Positions 62,076-64,000 of a stretch of 64,000 bases of DNA are shown one piece after another. The stretch comes from an uncultured PS1 clade bacterium (GTDB lineage: Bacteria; Pseudomonadota; Alphaproteobacteria; MED-G09). How positions within the stretch are numbered: the first letter of the stretch is position 1; each line of letters begins with the position of its first letter. The position numbers and the translations under genes were made by a program. The notes under the pieces were generated by a model that saw only the letters and a list, made by a program, of their open reading frames with translations, was not told where the DNA came from and made no database searches. The stretch lies in NCBI GenBank assembly GCA_902626605.1, contig CACOFZ010000001.1, positions 35,881 to 99,880 of the forward strand, in the 5' to 3' direction.

Positions 62076-64000
62076 TTATCCTTTTGCCTTATTTTTAATT
62101 TGATTTAAATTTGAATTCATTCCTATTAGTACTCTTTTATACTCTGTAGGCATTATTTTAATAAATTTTGGAAGATAAAGATCAAAATTATCTAAAATCC
62201 TTTTTGCTTTTGGACTATTTGTATATCGATGATGATTGGTTATTAGATTTTTTAATCTTTGTTTATCATGAATTAGAAGATTATCAGTAAGTATTTCATT
62301 TTCATCGTTATTGATTTCTTCAAGCTCTATCATTTCTGGATTATAGAGATTTTTGAATTCTTCATCTTCGTCTAACACATATGCAATACCCCCAGACATA
62401 CCAGCACCAAAGTTTCTTCCAACTTTTCCTAAGACTACAACAATTCCACCAGTCATGTATTCGCAGCAGTGATCACCCGCACCTTCAACTACGGCGGTGG
62501 CACCAGAGTTTCTTACGGCAAATCTCTCTCCAGCTATACCATTAAAATAACATTCACCAGTGATACCGCCATAAAGAACAGTATTACCAACAATAATATT
62601 TTCTTCTGGAATAATTTTTGAATTTTTTGGTGGGTATATTGCTATTCTTCCTCCAGATAATCCTTTTCCAACATAATCGTTGCCTTCACCCTCAAGGTTA
62701 AGAGAAACGCCTTTTGCAAGAAAAACCCCAAAACTTTGACCAGCTGTTCCTTCCAGTTTAATATTTATAGTATCGTCTGCTAATCCTTTGTGTCCATGAA
62801 TTTTGGCTATTTCACCAGAGAGCATTGCACCTGTTGAACGATCAGTGTTTTTAATCATTGATTTTATTTGGACTGGCTGAAATTTATTTATAGCCTGTTT
62901 TGATTGTTTGATCAGTTCTTTATCTAAAATGTCATAAATATCATGGTCTTGTTTTTGACTTCTGTAAAGAGTATCGCCTTCCCAAGGATCAGGTTTATAA
63001 AATAGTTTCTCAAAATCCATCCCTTTTGTTTTCCAGTGTTTAACTGCTTCATCGGTATCTAAAAACTGGGTTTGTCCAATCATTTCATTAAAAGATTTAA
63101 AGCCCATCTTACTCATGTAATGTCTCGCTTCCTCAGCAACAAAGAAGAAGAAATTAATTACATCTTCAGGCTGACCATTAAATAATTTTCTTAATTCAGG
63201 GTCTTGGGTTGCTATTCCTACTGGGCAAGTATTCAAATGACACTTTCTCATCATTATACATCCAGTTGCTATTAGTGGAGCAGTTGAGAATCCAAACTCG
63301 TCAGCTCCTAAAAGGGCTGCTATGACTACATCACGTCCGGTTTTTAACCCCCCATCGGCTTGAACAGTTATTCTTGAACGCAATCCATTAATAACTAAAG
63401 TTTGATGTGTTTCAGCAAGGCCAAGCTCCCATGGGCTACCAGCATGTTTTATTGATGTGAGGGGACTAGCACCTGTACCGCCTTCAAAACCTGAAATTGT
63501 AACATGATCGGCTTTAGCTTTAGAAACTCCTGCAGCAACGGTACCAACACCTACCTCAGATACTAATTTTACCGAAATATCAGCTGAGGGGTTGGTATTT
63601 TTTAAGTCATAAATAAGCTGAGCTAGGTCTTCAATTGAATAGATATCATGGTGAGGAGGAGGTGAGATCAGGCCAACACCAGGTGTAGAAAATCTTACAC
63701 TTGCTATTGTTTGATCGACTTTGTGGCCAGGAAGTTGACCACCCTCTCCAGGCTTTGCTCCTTGAGCCATTTTTATTTGTATCATATCAGAATTTGCCAA
63801 ATATTCTGCTGTAACGCCAAATCTTCCAGATGCAACTTGCTTAATTGAAGAACGCATGGAGTCTCCATTTTCGAGTGTAAGAAAACGATCGGCCTCTTCT
63901 CCACCTTCACCAGTATTTGATCGGCCGCCGATTCTATTCATTGCAATTGCAAGGGTCGTGTGTGCCTCTCTACTGATTGATCCAAATGACATGGCACCGG
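62076..64000 (-). CDS. gltB: Glutamate synthase large subunit, C-terminal part (5' end outside the window)
   Basis: [46 protein letters not shown]-type repeats GAGMSGG. Confidence 0.97.
   Translation of the reverse strand, partial: GAMSFGSISREAHTTLAIAMNRIGGRSNTGEGGEEADRFLTLENGDSMRSSIKQVASGRFGVTAEYLANSDMIQIKMAQGAKPGEGGQLPGHKVDQTIASVRFSTPGVGLISPPPHHDIYSIEDLAQLIYDLKNTNPSADISVKLVSEVGVGTVAAGVSKAKADHVTISGFEGGTGASPLTSIKHAGSPWELGLAETHQTLVINGLRSRITVQADGGLKTGRDVVIAALLGADEFGFSTAPLIATGCIMMRKCHLNTCPVGIATQDPELRKLFNGQPEDVINFFFFVAEEARHYMSKMGFKSFNEMIGQTQFLDTDEAVKHWKTKGMDFEKLFYKPDPWEGDTLYRSQKQDHDIYDILDKELIKQSKQAINKFQPVQIKSMIKNTDRSTGAMLSGEIAKIHGHKGLADDTINIKLEGTAGQSFGVFLAKGVSLNLEGEGNDYVGKGLSGGRIAIYPPKNSKIIPEENIIVGNTVLYGGITGECYFNGIAGERFAVRNSGATAVVEGAGDHCCEYMTGGIVVVLGKVGRNFGAGMSGGIAYVLDEDEEFKNLYNPEMIELEEINNDENEILTDNLLIHDKQRLKNLITNHHRYTNSPKAKRILDNFDLYLPKFIKIMPTEYKRVLIGMNSNLNQIKNKAKG

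Overview
AT-rich, gene-dense chromosomal window from what looks like a streamlined (probably marine) alphaproteobacterium. This placement is inferred from the rRNA sequence style, the 23S-5S-tRNA-fMet layout and a SAM-II riboswitch. The window opens with the 3' end of an rRNA operon (16S end, tRNA-Ile, 23S, 5S, tRNA-fMet), then an SDR and a photolyase. Next come three tandem genes for signal-peptide-less, probably type-I-secreted proteins: one metzincin protease and two FG-GAP/RTX proteins. All three end in the same gap-free 162-aa C-terminal module. The rest is mostly lipid/acyl-CoA catabolism (crotonases, thiolase, MaoC, 3-hydroxyacyl-CoA dehydrogenase, BVMO, esterases, haloalkane dehalogenase), sulfur amino-acid metabolism (cbs/cgl, SAM-II-metY), nrdAB with tandem NrdR boxes, pgi, msrA, a TonB-dependent receptor, kdsD/ugd, a MoxR/VWA pair and gltD/gltB (partial). 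The most notable observations are the shared-C-terminus secreted-protein array with signs of gene conversion, an MFS transporter with a DUF805-like domain inserted in its central loop, a rare tRNA-Arg(UCG) near trhO, and a SAM-II riboswitch with an apparently dual terminator/anti-SD platform. No IS, integrase, prophage or CRISPR array was seen. All calls come from manual motif recognition; no searches were run.
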